Translations under genes and position numbers: made by a program | Part shown: positions 8,808 through 18,197 of the stretch, piece after piece | Layout: the number at the start of each line of letters is the position of its first letter | Position numbering within the stretch: the stretch's first letter is position 1 | Assembly (NCBI GenBank): GCA_017455645.1 | Contig: JAFSZS010000008.1 | Location: forward strand, 1 to 51,920 | Length of the DNA: 51,920 bases | DNA from: Selenomonadaceae bacterium | Lineage (GTDB): Bacteria; Bacillota; Negativicutes; Selenomonadales; Selenomonadaceae | Reading direction: 5' to 3' | The notes under the pieces: model-generated | Told to the model about the DNA's origin: nothing | Databases searched by the model: none | The model's input: the letters and a program-made list of their open reading frames with translations, nothing else

Positions 8808-9668
8808 ATGGAAAAACCGATAGTAGGCGGGCAAGCCGTAATTGAAGGCGTAATGATGCGCGGCTTCGGCAAAGTTGCAACCGCCGTAAGAGAGCCGAGC
8901 GGCAATATAAATGTTCAAGTGAAAAATGTACATTCAATCGCCGACCGATATAAAATTTTGAAGTTGCCGTTTCTGCGCGGCTCCGTTACATTGATTGAAA
9001 GTTTAATATTGGGGTTGCGCTCCCTGTCATTTTCTGCGCAGGCGGCGGGCGAAGACGACGAGCAACTTTCTGACAAAGAATTAATTTTGACAATGATTTT
9101 TGCATTTGCATTGGCGGCGGTTTTATTTATCGCAATTCCAACTTTCGCAGTAAAATTTTTGCACGATTTAACAGACGACCCTTTTATTTTTAATTTGGCT
9201 GAAGGATTTTTGCGGCTGATAATTTTTATTTTGTATATAGCGGCAATTTCGCAGACAAAAGATATGCAACGGGTATTTCAGTATCACGGCGCGGAGCACA
9301 AAACAATTTTTTGCTACGAGGCAGATTTACCCTTGACAGTAGAAAATGTAAAAAAATTTCCGCGCTTGCACCCGCGTTGCGGCACGGCTTTTTTGTTGAT
9401 TGTAATGATTGTAAGCATTTTTGTATTTGCGTTTTTGGGCTGGCCCGATTTATGGTTGAGAATTTTATCGAGAATAATTTTGTTGCCGGTAGTTGCGGGA
9501 ATTTCCTATGAAATAATAAGATTTGCCGGGCGTTCCAAAAATTCTTTGATAAGGTTAGCGATAATGCCGGGCTTGTGGTTGCAATATTTGACAACGCGCG
9601 AGCCTGACGATTCAATGATTGAAGTTGCAATAAAATCTTTGGAAGCAGTGCAAGTTAAATCTTGTTAA
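8808..9668 (+). CDS. DUF1385-family membrane protein
   Basis: 286 aa. It has the characteristic N-terminus GGQAVIEGVMMRG, the HGAEHK motif and several TM segments. Confidence 0.75.
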   Translation: MEKPIVGGQAVIEGVMMRGFGKVATAVREPSGNINVQVKNVHSIADRYKILKLPFLRGSVTLIESLILGLRSLSFSAQAAGEDDEQLSDKELILTMIFAFALAAVLFIAIPTFAVKFLHDLTDDPFIFNLAEGFLRLIIFILYIAAISQTKDMQRVFQYHGAEHKTIFCYEADLPLTVENVKKFPRLHPRCGTAFLLIVMIVSIFVFAFLGWPDLWLRILSRIILLPVVAGISYEIIRFAGRSKNSLIRLAIMPGLWLQYLTTREPDDSMIEVAIKSLEAVQVKSC

Positions 9669-9800
9669 ATTTGCGCCTAGAATCGATTTTAAGGCACTTT
9701 GAAATTTTTTGATATATTTGTACCCTTCACCCCTGCAAGGCGCGTCTACGGGCAAATGAGAGCGTCTGGAGGGGTAATAAAACTGTACGGGAGAAATTTA

Positions 9801-9986
9801 ATGATTGGGATAATTGCTGAATACAATCCATTTCACGACGGGCACGCCTGCCAAATTTCGGAAATAAAAAAATTTTCAAATGCAGAAATTGTGGCAGTGA
9901 TTAGCGGCAGTTTTACACAGCGCGGCACTCCCGCAATTTTGGATAAGTGGACGCGCGCGCGGCTTGCAGTTTTGGAATGGCGGTAG
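9801..9986 (+). pseudogene. Truncated duplicate of the tmcAL 5' end (61 codons, then EWR-stop)
   Basis: Positions 9801-9975 match 9991-10165 with 6 mismatches in 175 nt. The reading frame ends 11 nt after the homology breaks. Confidence 0.6.
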
Positions 9987-10165
9987 AAAAATGATTGGGA
10001 TAATTGCCGAGTACAATCCATTTCACGACGGGCACGTCTGCCAAATTTCGGAAATAAAAAAATTTTCAAGTGCAGAAATTGTGGCAGTGATTAGCGGCAG
10101 TTTTACACAGCGCGGCACTCCCGCGATTTTGGATAAGTGGACGCGGGCGCGGCTTGCAGTTTTGG
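9801..10165. repeat. Tandem direct duplication, period 190 bp (2 x 175 bp homologous + 15-bp junction)
   Basis: Direct comparison of the two copies. Both start with ATGATTGGGATAATTGC. Confidence 0.9.
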
Positions 10166-11148
10166 GCGGCGTCGATTTAGTTTTGGAATTGCCTTTTGTC
10201 TACGCGGTACGGAGTGCGCAAGATTTCGCACGCGGCGCAGTCAATCTTTTGTCAAAAGTTGGAATTGACACCTTGGCATTTGGCGCGGAAATTTCAAACT
10301 TGGAAAAATTAAAATTAGCAGCGTCAACTTTCAACGATAAAGATTTTGGCGAAAAATTAAAATTGGAAATGTCAACAGGTAAACCTTACGCGGCGGCAGT
10401 TTCAAAAATTTTATCAACCGTCGCGCAGATTGAAGTTGTACAGCCGAATACAATTTTGGCGATTGAATATTTGCGGGCGTTGCCAAAAAATATTACGCCG
10501 CTGTTAATCCCGCGCGGCAAAGTCATTTCAAGCGCAACGTCAATCAGGCAGGAAATTTATAAAAATCCCGTGCAGTGGCAAAAAATTTCAGTACCGCCAA
10601 ATGTTTTGGAAATTTTAAAATCCGCCGAACTTCCGCACGAAGATTTTTTATTTCGCCCGTTAATCGCAAAAATTTTGACTTCCAACTTTGCAGATTTAAA
10701 AAAAATTTACGGCATGAGCGAAGGAATAGAATTTAAGCTGATAGAATCTGCGCGAAGGGCGAAAAATTTTTCTGAACTTGCAGGCGGCGTAGTCAATCGC
10801 AGGTTTCCAATAAGCCGCGTCAAAAGATTGTTGCTGCACTTTTTACTGAATATCACGGCGGAAAAAATTTCTGAAGTTGGAGACTACGCAAGAGTTTTAG
10901 CCTTCAATGAGCGCGGGCAAAAAATTTTGAAAAAAATTCGCACGGCGGGCAATTTGCCAATAGTTACGAAAGTTGCACAGCATTTAAATTCAAAAGAAAT
11001 TTTAAGCGGGAAAATCTTTGAGCCTTACAAAAAAAGCCTCGCAACAGACCTGCTTGCTACAGACCTGCGCGAGACACTTTTTGATTTTCCCCAACATTTT
11101 GGGGAAGATTTTTTTCACGGAATAGAAATTATTTCTAAAAATATGTAA
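9991..11148 (+). CDS. tmcAL: tRNA(Met) cytidine acetate ligase TmcAL (UPF0348 nucleotidyltransferase)
   Basis: ORF 9964..11148. The start at ATG 9991 gives MIGIIAEYNPFHDGH (HxGH nucleotidyltransferase motif). The length is 385 aa. Confidence 0.8.
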   Translation: MIGIIAEYNPFHDGHVCQISEIKKFSSAEIVAVISGSFTQRGTPAILDKWTRARLAVLGGVDLVLELPFVYAVRSAQDFARGAVNLLSKVGIDTLAFGAEISNLEKLKLAASTFNDKDFGEKLKLEMSTGKPYAAAVSKILSTVAQIEVVQPNTILAIEYLRALPKNITPLLIPRGKVISSATSIRQEIYKNPVQWQKISVPPNVLEILKSAELPHEDFLFRPLIAKILTSNFADLKKIYGMSEGIEFKLIESARRAKNFSELAGGVVNRRFPISRVKRLLLHFLLNITAEKISEVGDYARVLAFNERGQKILKKIRTAGNLPIVTKVAQHLNSKEILSGKIFEPYKKSLATDLLATDLRETLFDFPQHFGEDFFHGIEIISKNM

Positions 11149-11251
11149 TTATAAAAGACAAAACACCCGGTTTTTCTATAGTCTCACGATTGTTATTTGC
11201 TGTCAAAGTTCACAGGGCAAATTATCCACGATAGCATAATCTATTTAACGC

Positions 11252-11536
11252 TTATTGAATACGGCTTTTAAGATTGTCAAGAATTTTATTTGCGGCGCGT
11301 TTCAGATTGTGCTTAACGAAATTTTCGGGCACACCCTTTAACTTTGCCTGCTTGGAGCGGTTGCAATGTTTGCATGTACACTGCAAATTATACAGTTCAT
11401 CGCTACCGCCGTATTTTTGCGGGATTATGTGGTCAATGTCAACGTCGCACTTGTGAATTTTTTTTCCGCACTTCGCGCAGGTGTACCAACCGTGATCTGA
11501 TTTATTCGCCGCAAACCATTTTTCCCTGTAATTCAT
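11252..11536 (-). CDS. Stand-alone HNH endonuclease
   Basis: 94 aa. It has CAKCGKK...DIDHIIPQKYGGSDELYNLQCTCKHCNRSK, i.e. a zinc-finger framed H-N-H motif. Confidence 0.8.
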   Translation of the reverse strand: MNYREKWFAANKSDHGWYTCAKCGKKIHKCDVDIDHIIPQKYGGSDELYNLQCTCKHCNRSKQAKLKGVPENFVKHNLKRAANKILDNLKSRIQ

Positions 11537-11640
11537 AAAATCACCACTCTAAATTTTTTCCAAATTATAAAGGAAATTTTCCGGCGCGGCAAGTGTTATT
11601 AATCTTTAACGCGCAGGAAATTTTATTGTAGCAAGTTTCA

Positions 11641-11675
11641 TTGACATTGACAGGGGGGAATTATAAAATTATATA
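11641..11675 (+). promoter_or_regulatory. Candidate promoter upstream of the activase-like gene
   Basis: A tandem TTGACATTGACA supplies two possible -35 boxes. Each sits 17 nt from a -10-like hexamer (TAAAAT at 11664 or TATATA at 11670). The choice is ambiguous and the leader would be very short. Confidence 0.3.
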
Positions 11676-11689
11676 GAGGTGAAATTTTT

Positions 11690-14600
11690 ATGAAAGTCGG
11701 GATTGACATCGGCTCCACGACGATTAAATATGTTGTCATGGACGGCGAAAAAAAAATTCTTCACAAAGATTATTCGCGGCACTTTTCAGAAATTGGTACC
11801 GCGCTGACAAATACTTTATCGACGCTGAAAAATATTGTCGGCGAAACAAAATTTAAAATTGCCTTGGCGGGCTCGGCGGGTATGGGAATTGCCAAAAAAA
11901 TTTCCCTGCCTTTTGTTCAGGAAGTTATCGCCTGTCAAACTGCCGTTGAAGAATTTATACCAAAAACTGATACGGTTATTGAATTGGGCGGCGAAGATGC
12001 AAAAATTATTTACCTGAATGGCGCGCCCGAAGTTAGAATGAACGGCGTTTGCGCGGGCGGCACGGGTTCATTTATTGACCATATGGCAAGCCTCCTTTCA
12101 ACTGACGCGCTCGGCTTAAATGCGTTGGCTGAAAAAGGCAAACAGATTTACACAATCGCTTCACGCTGCGGCGTCTTTGCAAAAACTGACATTCAAGCCT
12201 TGATGAATGACGGCGCAAAAAAAGCTGACATTGCACTTTCAATTTTTCAAGCGGTTGTCAATCAAACTATTGGTAACCTCGCGCAGGGCAGACCTATTGA
12301 AGGCGTGGTTGCATTTTTGGGCGGACCTTTGCACTTTTTGCCGGAACTCAAAAAAAGATTTATCGAAACGCTCAAACTTTCGCCGGAGCAGGTTGTCAAT
12401 ACCGATAACGGGAATTATTTTGTAGCGGCGGGCGCGGCACTTTCTGAAGAGGCAAAAGATTTTTCCCTTGCAGAATTGGAAGAATCTTTGAAAGGGGAAA
12501 GTGAAAAGGGAAAAGTGAAAAGTAATTTGGAGGCGCTTTTCAGCAACAATGACGATTATAAAAATTTCCGCACGCGCCACGATTCGGCAAAAGTTAGGCG
12601 CGGCGATTTAAAAAGTTACAGCGGAAAAATTTTTGTCGGAATTGACGCCGGCTCTACTACAACCAAAATCTGCGCGATTGGCAAAAATAAAGAAATTCTC
12701 TACACAAATTATAAATCTAATGGCGGCTCGCCTTTAAAAACCGTCGTAAGCCAAATTCAGGAGCTGTATAAAAATCTTCCTGAAAATGTGGAAATTGCAA
12801 AAGTTTTTACTACAGGTTACGGCGAACAAATTGTAAAAGCGGCGTTGCATGCGGACGGCTCGGAAGTTGAAACTTTCGCCCATTTGTGCGCGGCGCAGGA
12901 ATTTTGCCCGGAAGTTTCATTTGTTTTGGATATTGGCGGGCAAGATATGAAATGCTTTTTCGTCAAAGATGGCACGATTGGCAACATTACTTTGAATGAG
13001 GCTTGCTCGGCGGGTTGCGGCAGTTTCATTCAGAATTTCGCGCAGGGTTTAAATATGAGCGTCGGCGATTTTGCAAATAAGGCGTTGACTTCAAACGCGC
13101 CGGTAGACTTAGGGACGCGCTGTACAGTTTTCATGAACTCAAAAGTTAAACAGGCGCAAAAGGAAGGCGCAAGCGTCAACGATATTTCGGCGGGAATTGC
13201 TCTTTCAGTAATTAAAAACGCGCTTTTCAAAGTTATGCAACTTCGCAATGTTGAGGATTTGGGCGAAAATATTGTTGTACAGGGCGGCACTTTTTACAAT
13301 GACGCGGTTTTACGTTCGATTGAAGAAATTTTGGGTAAAAAAGTTATTCGCCCTGACATTGCGGGGTTAATGGGCGCGTATGGCGCGGCGATTCTTGCGT
13401 TGGAAAATGACAACGGCGAAATTTCAAAAATTCTTTCAGCAAATGAACTTACAAATTTTGAAGTTGTAACAAAGTCGTATCGTTGCGGGCGTTGCGGCAA
13501 TAACTGCTTGATAACTATGCAAAAATTCCCTGACGGCGGCAAATTTTTTACAGGCAACCGTTGCGAGCGTGGAGTTGGCGGCAAATTAAAAACTTCTGAA
13601 GAAATTCCCAACGCCTATGCTTACAAGTACAAGCGCGTTTTTGATTATCAGCCGCTTGAAAATCCTGCGCGAGGTGTTATTGGTATTCCCCGCGTACTGA
13701 ATATTTATGAAGATTTTCCATTTTGGCACACGTTTTTTACAAATTTGGGCTATCGCGTCGAAATTTCGGGAAAATCCAACGCCGAACTTTTTTATAAGGG
13801 AATGGCGACAATTCCCAGCGATTCTTTGTGTTATCCTGCGAAATTGGCGCACGGGCACATTATATATTTAATTGAACGCGGAATTGACAAAATTTTTTAT
13901 CCTTGCGAGCCTTACAATTTCGACACGCGCTCCGATAATTTTTACAACTGCCCAATCGTTGCAAGTTATACCGAAAATATCCGCGGCAATATGGATATTC
14001 TCAAGGAAAAAAATATTAAATTTATTCAGCCGTTCCTTCCCGTCCACGATATGAAAAAATTAAAAAGGCGGCTTGCAGAAGAATTAAAATCTGAAAATAT
14101 TTCTGAAAAAGAAATTTCGGCGGCAGTTGACGCGGCAGAAATTGAACTTGAAAATTACCGCAATGACGTTAAAAAATTCGGCGAAGAAATTTTAAAACGA
14201 ATTGAGCGCACGGGCGAACAGGCAATTTTGCTTGTCGGGCGTCCTTACCACATTGACCCGGAAATTAATCACGGTATTTCTGAAATGATTCAATCCTACA
14301 ATCTGCCGATAATTTCTGAAGATATGATTTACCACTTGCCGACAAAGTCCAAAAATATTTCGCTTGTCAATCAGTGGAGCTACCACGCCCGCCTGTACCA
14401 CGCCGCGCACTTTGCAACCGAACACCAAAATATTACTTTGATTCAGCTTAGCTCCTTTGGCTGCGGCTTGGACGCGCTGACAACCGAGCAAGTCAAAGAA
14501 ATTTTGGAAAGTCACGGCAGAATTTACACAATGATTAAGCTTGACGAAGTTTCAAATTTGGGGGCGGCGCGTATTCGTTTACGTTCACTTTTAGCCGCGT

Positions 14601-15883
14601 TGAAAAGAAAAATCCCCGTTGCTTACCAAGAAATTGAAATTCAACCGCGTCCGCGTTTTACTGCTGACTGCAAAAAAACTCATACAATTTTGGCTCCGCA
14701 AATGGCTCCAATTCACTTTGATTTAGTTCAAGCGGTTTTAAACAAATACGGTTACCGCGTCGAAATTCCGCCATTGCCTGATAAAGCCGCAATAGATTTA
14801 GGTTTGCGCTACGTCAATAATGATATGTGCTACCCGGCGATTGTGGTTATTGGTCAACTTTTGAGCGCGTTAAAATCCGGCGATTATGACGTTGACAACA
14901 CGTCGATTGTACTTTTTCAAACTTGCGGCGCGTGTCGAGCTACGAATTATATTTCAGTTTTGCGGCGTGCGTTGAAATTTGCGGGATTCGGACAAGTTCC
15001 GGTTTTCGCCTGTTACGGGCTTGAAACTGATGATTTTGTTTTGAGTAATGATTGTTTGATTGACGCAATTAAGGCGGCGATTTACGGCGATTTGTTAATG
15101 AATGTTTCAAACAGAATGCGCCCGTACGAATTGCGGCGCGGCGAAACTGACAGGCTTTTTGAAGATTGTATGACGCTTGCAAAGGCTGATTTACTGGGCG
15201 GCAACTATTTGACTTTCCGCCGCAATGTTAGAAATTTCGTCGCGCAGTTTGATAAAATTCAGATTGACGAAAATTTGGAAAAGCCGAAAGTTGGAATTGT
15301 CGGCGAAATTTTGGTAAAATATCACCCAATCGCAAACAATCAGCTTGAAAAAGTTTTGGAGGCTGAAGGCGCGGAAGTTGTAATGCCGGATTTTGCAGAT
15401 TTTTTCTTGTATTCGGCGTACGATTCAATTTCAAGGCAAAAACTTTTGGGCGGCAGTCGCAAGGATAAAATTTTTGGCGAAATTTTTATACAGTTTATGG
15501 AATTTTTCCGCCGTCCAATGAAAAACGCGCTTAAAGATTCAAAACATTTCCGCGCGCCGTATTCAATCAAAGAAACCGCCAAACTTGCCGCGCGTCACGT
15601 TTCAACAGGAAATATGGCGGGCGAAGGCTGGTTTTTGACGGGCGAAATGGTTAAGCTTATCGAAGAAGGAGTTGATAATATCGTTTGCCTTCAGCCGTTC
15701 GGTTGCCTGCCGAATCACATTACCGGCAAGGGCGTAATGCACAATCTGCGCGAAAGTTACAGCGGCGCAAATATCGTGGCGATTGACTGCGACGCGGGCT
15801 CTTCTGAAGTCAACCAACTCAACAGGATTAAATTAATGCTTGCCGTTGCAAAAAAATCTTTGACGAAAAATCAAGCAAGTTAA
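11690..15883 (+). CDS. Acyl-CoA dehydratase activase-related protein (two BcrAD/BadFG-type ATPase modules + CoA-enzyme-activase DUF2229-type domains)
   Basis: 1397 aa. There are two actin-fold ATPase starts (VGIDIGSTTIKYVV at aa 3 and VGIDAGSTTTKICA near aa 316). Cys-containing segments typical of the activase family are present (CAGGTGSF, CSAGCGSF). The C-terminal half is long. Confidence 0.8.
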   Translation: MKVGIDIGSTTIKYVVMDGEKKILHKDYSRHFSEIGTALTNTLSTLKNIVGETKFKIALAGSAGMGIAKKISLPFVQEVIACQTAVEEFIPKTDTVIELGGEDAKIIYLNGAPEVRMNGVCAGGTGSFIDHMASLLSTDALGLNALAEKGKQIYTIASRCGVFAKTDIQALMNDGAKKADIALSIFQAVVNQTIGNLAQGRPIEGVVAFLGGPLHFLPELKKRFIETLKLSPEQVVNTDNGNYFVAAGAALSEEAKDFSLAELEESLKGESEKGKVKSNLEALFSNNDDYKNFRTRHDSAKVRRGDLKSYSGKIFVGIDAGSTTTKICAIGKNKEILYTNYKSNGGSPLKTVVSQIQELYKNLPENVEIAKVFTTGYGEQIVKAALHADGSEVETFAHLCAAQEFCPEVSFVLDIGGQDMKCFFVKDGTIGNITLNEACSAGCGSFIQNFAQGLNMSVGDFANKALTSNAPVDLGTRCTVFMNSKVKQAQKEGASVNDISAGIALSVIKNALFKVMQLRNVEDLGENIVVQGGTFYNDAVLRSIEEILGKKVIRPDIAGLMGAYGAAILALENDNGEISKILSANELTNFEVVTKSYRCGRCGNNCLITMQKFPDGGKFFTGNRCERGVGGKLKTSEEIPNAYAYKYKRVFDYQPLENPARGVIGIPRVLNIYEDFPFWHTFFTNLGYRVEISGKSNAELFYKGMATIPSDSLCYPAKLAHGHIIYLIERGIDKIFYPCEPYNFDTRSDNFYNCPIVASYTENIRGNMDILKEKNIKFIQPFLPVHDMKKLKRRLAEELKSENISEKEISAAVDAAEIELENYRNDVKKFGEEILKRIERTGEQAILLVGRPYHIDPEINHGISEMIQSYNLPIISEDMIYHLPTKSKNISLVNQWSYHARLYHAAHFATEHQNITLIQLSSFGCGLDALTTEQVKEILESHGRIYTMIKLDEVSNLGAARIRLRSLLAALKRKIPVAYQEIEIQPRPRFTADCKKTHTILAPQMAPIHFDLVQAVLNKYGYRVEIPPLPDKAAIDLGLRYVNNDMCYPAIVVIGQLLSALKSGDYDVDNTSIVLFQTCGACRATNYISVLRRALKFAGFGQVPVFACYGLETDDFVLSNDCLIDAIKAAIYGDLLMNVSNRMRPYELRRGETDRLFEDCMTLAKADLLGGNYLTFRRNVRNFVAQFDKIQIDENLEKPKVGIVGEILVKYHPIANNQLEKVLEAEGAEVVMPDFADFFLYSAYDSISRQKLLGGSRKDKIFGEIFIQFMEFFRRPMKNALKDSKHFRAPYSIKETAKLAARHVSTGNMAGEGWFLTGEMVKLIEEGVDNIVCLQPFGCLPNHITGKGVMHNLRESYSGANIVAIDCDAGSSEVNQLNRIKLMLAVAKKSLTKNQAS

Positions 15884-15899
15884 AGGAGTTTTCTAAAAA

Positions 15900-16340
15900 A
15901 TGTTGAAAAAAATTTTTATGATAATCGGCGTCTTGGCAGTGCTGGGAATTGTCGGGATTATGTTTTTGGGAAATAAAATTGACTCGAAACTGAAAGAAAA
16001 AGAGCCGGAATTTCGCCAATATGTTACAATGACAACCGAAGAACAGAACGCTTACGTCGAAAAAAATTTTGAAAAATTCTTCAGTTCCCTTGCCAAAATT
16101 GACGATACAAATGAACAATTAAAATCCGCTGTCGAAAATTTGAAAGCCGACCCCGAAGCACTGCAAGCGGGAATTGCGGCGGGGCGTTCTATCGTTGCAC
16201 AATTAATTTTGGCGAATGAAGATATTTTAAAGGATTTAAGCGCGGAAGTTCACGACAAATTGACTGCTGAAGCCCGCGAAGGAGACAGCCGCGCCGAAAA
16301 ATTTAAAACCTACATGGATAAATATTTTCCAAAAGAATAA
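15900..16340 (+). CDS. Hypothetical membrane-anchored protein
   Basis: 146 aa with an N-terminal TM helix (IFMIIGVLAVLGIVGIMFLG) followed by a charged helical region. AAGGAG lies upstream. Confidence 0.5.
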   Translation: MLKKIFMIIGVLAVLGIVGIMFLGNKIDSKLKEKEPEFRQYVTMTTEEQNAYVEKNFEKFFSSLAKIDDTNEQLKSAVENLKADPEALQAGIAAGRSIVAQLILANEDILKDLSAEVHDKLTAEAREGDSRAEKFKTYMDKYFPKE

Positions 16341-16358
16341 TTTTAAGGAGTGTTTAAA

Positions 16359-16709
16359 TTGAGAAAAGGCGATATTATCGAACTCGCAAAAAAAATGGTT
16401 GCCGCGCCGAGTTGTTACAGCGGCTTGAAAGAGGCAGGGCAAAATTGGCTTGATGCCGTTGGAACCAAAGGCGAAAAAGAAGCCGCGCAAAAATTAATTG
16501 CTGAACTTGAGGGCGATATTACGGATATTGACGGGCTTGTGGCGTTTGCACATTCAGAAATTCCTGCGCAAATGTTCGGGGCTGAAGGCGCAAAAAAATT
16601 CGCCGCTCACGCTGATGAACTCAAGGCAAGCGGCGCGAAATTCTGCGATTGCGGAGCTTGTGCGCCCGGCTTAGAAATTCTCAAAAACAAATCTTTGATT
16701 CTGGACTGA
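16359..16709 (+). CDS. Hypothetical small protein with a C-terminal CDCGAC motif
   Basis: ORF 16350..16709. AAGGAG at 16345-16350 favours TTG 16359 as the start. Its last ~16 codons form the first unit of the downstream 89-bp tandem array. Confidence 0.5.
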   Translation: MRKGDIIELAKKMVAAPSCYSGLKEAGQNWLDAVGTKGEKEAAQKLIAELEGDITDIDGLVAFAHSEIPAQMFGAEGAKKFAAHADELKASGAKFCDCGACAPGLEILKNKSLILD

Positions 16710-17152
16710 ATTTTTTCATTTATATTTTTTAAAATATAAGAAAATCTTTCATTGCGGGCTTAGAAATTCTCAAAAATAAATCTTTGATTCCGGATTGAAA
16801 TTTTTTATTTATATTTTTTAAAATGTAAGAAAATCTTTCATTGCGGGCTTGGAAATTCTCAAAAACAAATCTTTGATTCTCGACTGAAATTTTTTATTTA
16901 TATTTTTTAAAATGTAAGAAAATCTTTCATTGCGGGCTTAGAAATTCTCAAAAATAAATCTTTGATTCTCGACTGAAATTTTTTGTTTATATTTTTTAAA
17001 ATATAAGAAAATTTTCATTGCGAGCTTGGAAATTCTCAAAAACAAATCTTTGATTCCGAACTGAAATTTTTTGTTTATATTTTTTAAAATGTAAGAAAAT
17101 CTTTCATTGCGGGCTTGGAAATTCTCAAAAACAAATCTTTGATTCTCGACTG
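16660..17152. repeat. Tandem repeat array, 89-bp unit x about 5.5
   Basis: The motif GCTT(A/G)GAAATTCTC recurs at 16669, 16758, 16847, 16936, 17024 and 17113 (periods 89, 89, 89, 88, 89). Units differ by a few substitutions or indels. Confidence 0.9.
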
Positions 17153-17174
17153 ATTTTAAAAATTCAAATTAAAA

Positions 17175-17204
17175 AGAGGCAGTAGGATTTTCCCTATTGC
17201 CTCT
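17175..17204. terminator. Bidirectional stem-loop terminator between convergent genes
   Basis: AGAGGCAGTAGG-attttc-CCTATTGCCTCT forms a 12-bp stem with one G-U pair. It is followed by T5 on the minus strand and by TTACTTTT on the plus strand. Confidence 0.6.
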
Positions 17205-17214
17205 TTACTTTTGC

Positions 17215-18180
17215 CTAATGCCTTTTTTTATCGTCTTTAATGTACTGTTCATAAAAATCTTCGACGGGCATAAACAAATACCGCACGCCTTCAATAAAAC
17301 TTATCCACGTCGGTAAAGTTGTCCAGAAAAACAACAGATACAGCACGCCCTGCAAAGTTTTTCCCTGATAAAATTTGTGTGCGCCGAGCGAGCCCAAAAA
17401 AATTGCAAGTGCAGATTGTACCAATTTTTTTTGAATAATTTGCGGGCGTTCGTTTTCGGGAAAAGTTGGAAGGTCTTCATCATCGTAACGGGCGCGGCGA
17501 TTTCTGCGCGGGCTTCTTACACTTGGAATTGTACCGACGGGCAAATTTTTTATTTCGACGCCGCCCAAAGGCTGATTAAGTAAATCTGTATCAATTCTGA
17601 CGTTGCCGTATTCGTCAACCGCGCCAACTTCAACCGTTTTATGTTTAATTCCTTCGGCGTCAAGTTGTTGCTGCATAACTTTCAATTCGGCGTCTGCAGA
17701 AATTATTTGATCGTTTAAAACGTGCTCAAATTGGTCTGCGTAGGCGTCATCGAGCGCGGCAAGCGTGGTTTTCATTCTGTTTTTTAAATCGCGCACGCGG
17801 TCTGTTGAAAGTTCGGTTTCTTCCAATTCTTGATATTGCTTGACGATTTTAACCGCGCGGTCTTGATAATAATCAATGAACTTGTAGGCAAGCGGGATTC
17901 TTTCGGGATTTTTTTCAAGATTAGCCAAAAGTTTTTTGGCAACGCGCTGCATTCTTGCAAGTTGCGCGGCAAGTTCTCTGTCTGAAATATTTTTTCGCGC
18001 AGATTCAATGAATTTAAAATCTTCCATTGCCTTGTCAAAATTTTCCTGCAGATATTCCGCCCTGTCTTCTTCCAATTCTTCCAAATCAAGTTGCGGCGTG
18101 CGATTTTTTTTCCAGTCCCAAGCAGCTTTGCCGCCAAATATCATTGCAACCGTTGCCAACATTACTAATAGATAATCCAT
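17215..18180 (-). CDS. TM2-domain membrane protein with a long N-terminal helical (XpaC/TelA-like) region
   Basis: 321 aa. The C-terminal TM2 signature is ALAIFLGSLGAHKFYQGKTLQGVLYLLFFWTTLP. There is an N-terminal TM helix followed by a coiled, charged region. Confidence 0.65.
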   Translation of the reverse strand: MDYLLVMLATVAMIFGGKAAWDWKKNRTPQLDLEELEEDRAEYLQENFDKAMEDFKFIESARKNISDRELAAQLARMQRVAKKLLANLEKNPERIPLAYKFIDYYQDRAVKIVKQYQELEETELSTDRVRDLKNRMKTTLAALDDAYADQFEHVLNDQIISADAELKVMQQQLDAEGIKHKTVEVGAVDEYGNVRIDTDLLNQPLGGVEIKNLPVGTIPSVRSPRRNRRARYDDEDLPTFPENERPQIIQKKLVQSALAIFLGSLGAHKFYQGKTLQGVLYLLFFWTTLPTWISFIEGVRYLFMPVEDFYEQYIKDDKKRH

Positions 18181-18197
18181 TGAAATTTATCCCTCCC

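Noticed and set aside
9699-9800. The upstream extension (MKFFDIF…) of the truncated tmcAL copy, and the MQFWNGGRK extension of the full copy.
   Set aside because: Both copies share the conserved TmcAL N-terminus MIGIIAEYNPFHDGH, which starts at ATG 9801 and ATG 9991. The extensions are non-homologous read-in.
12239-15817. Multiple 70-113-aa antisense or alternative-frame ORFs inside the 1397-aa activase-like gene. Similar nested ORFs occur inside most long CDSs in the track.
   Set aside because: They lie fully within a long ORF that has strong family motifs. They have low-complexity or odd composition, lack RBSs and lack recognisable motifs. They are treated as frame shadows.
16660-17152. 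Possible CRISPR array, because of regularly spaced repeats.
   Set aside because: The 89-bp units abut head-to-tail with no unique spacers. The unit is far longer than a CRISPR repeat, it begins inside a CDS, and there are no cas genes in the window. It is a plain tandem (VNTR-like) repeat.
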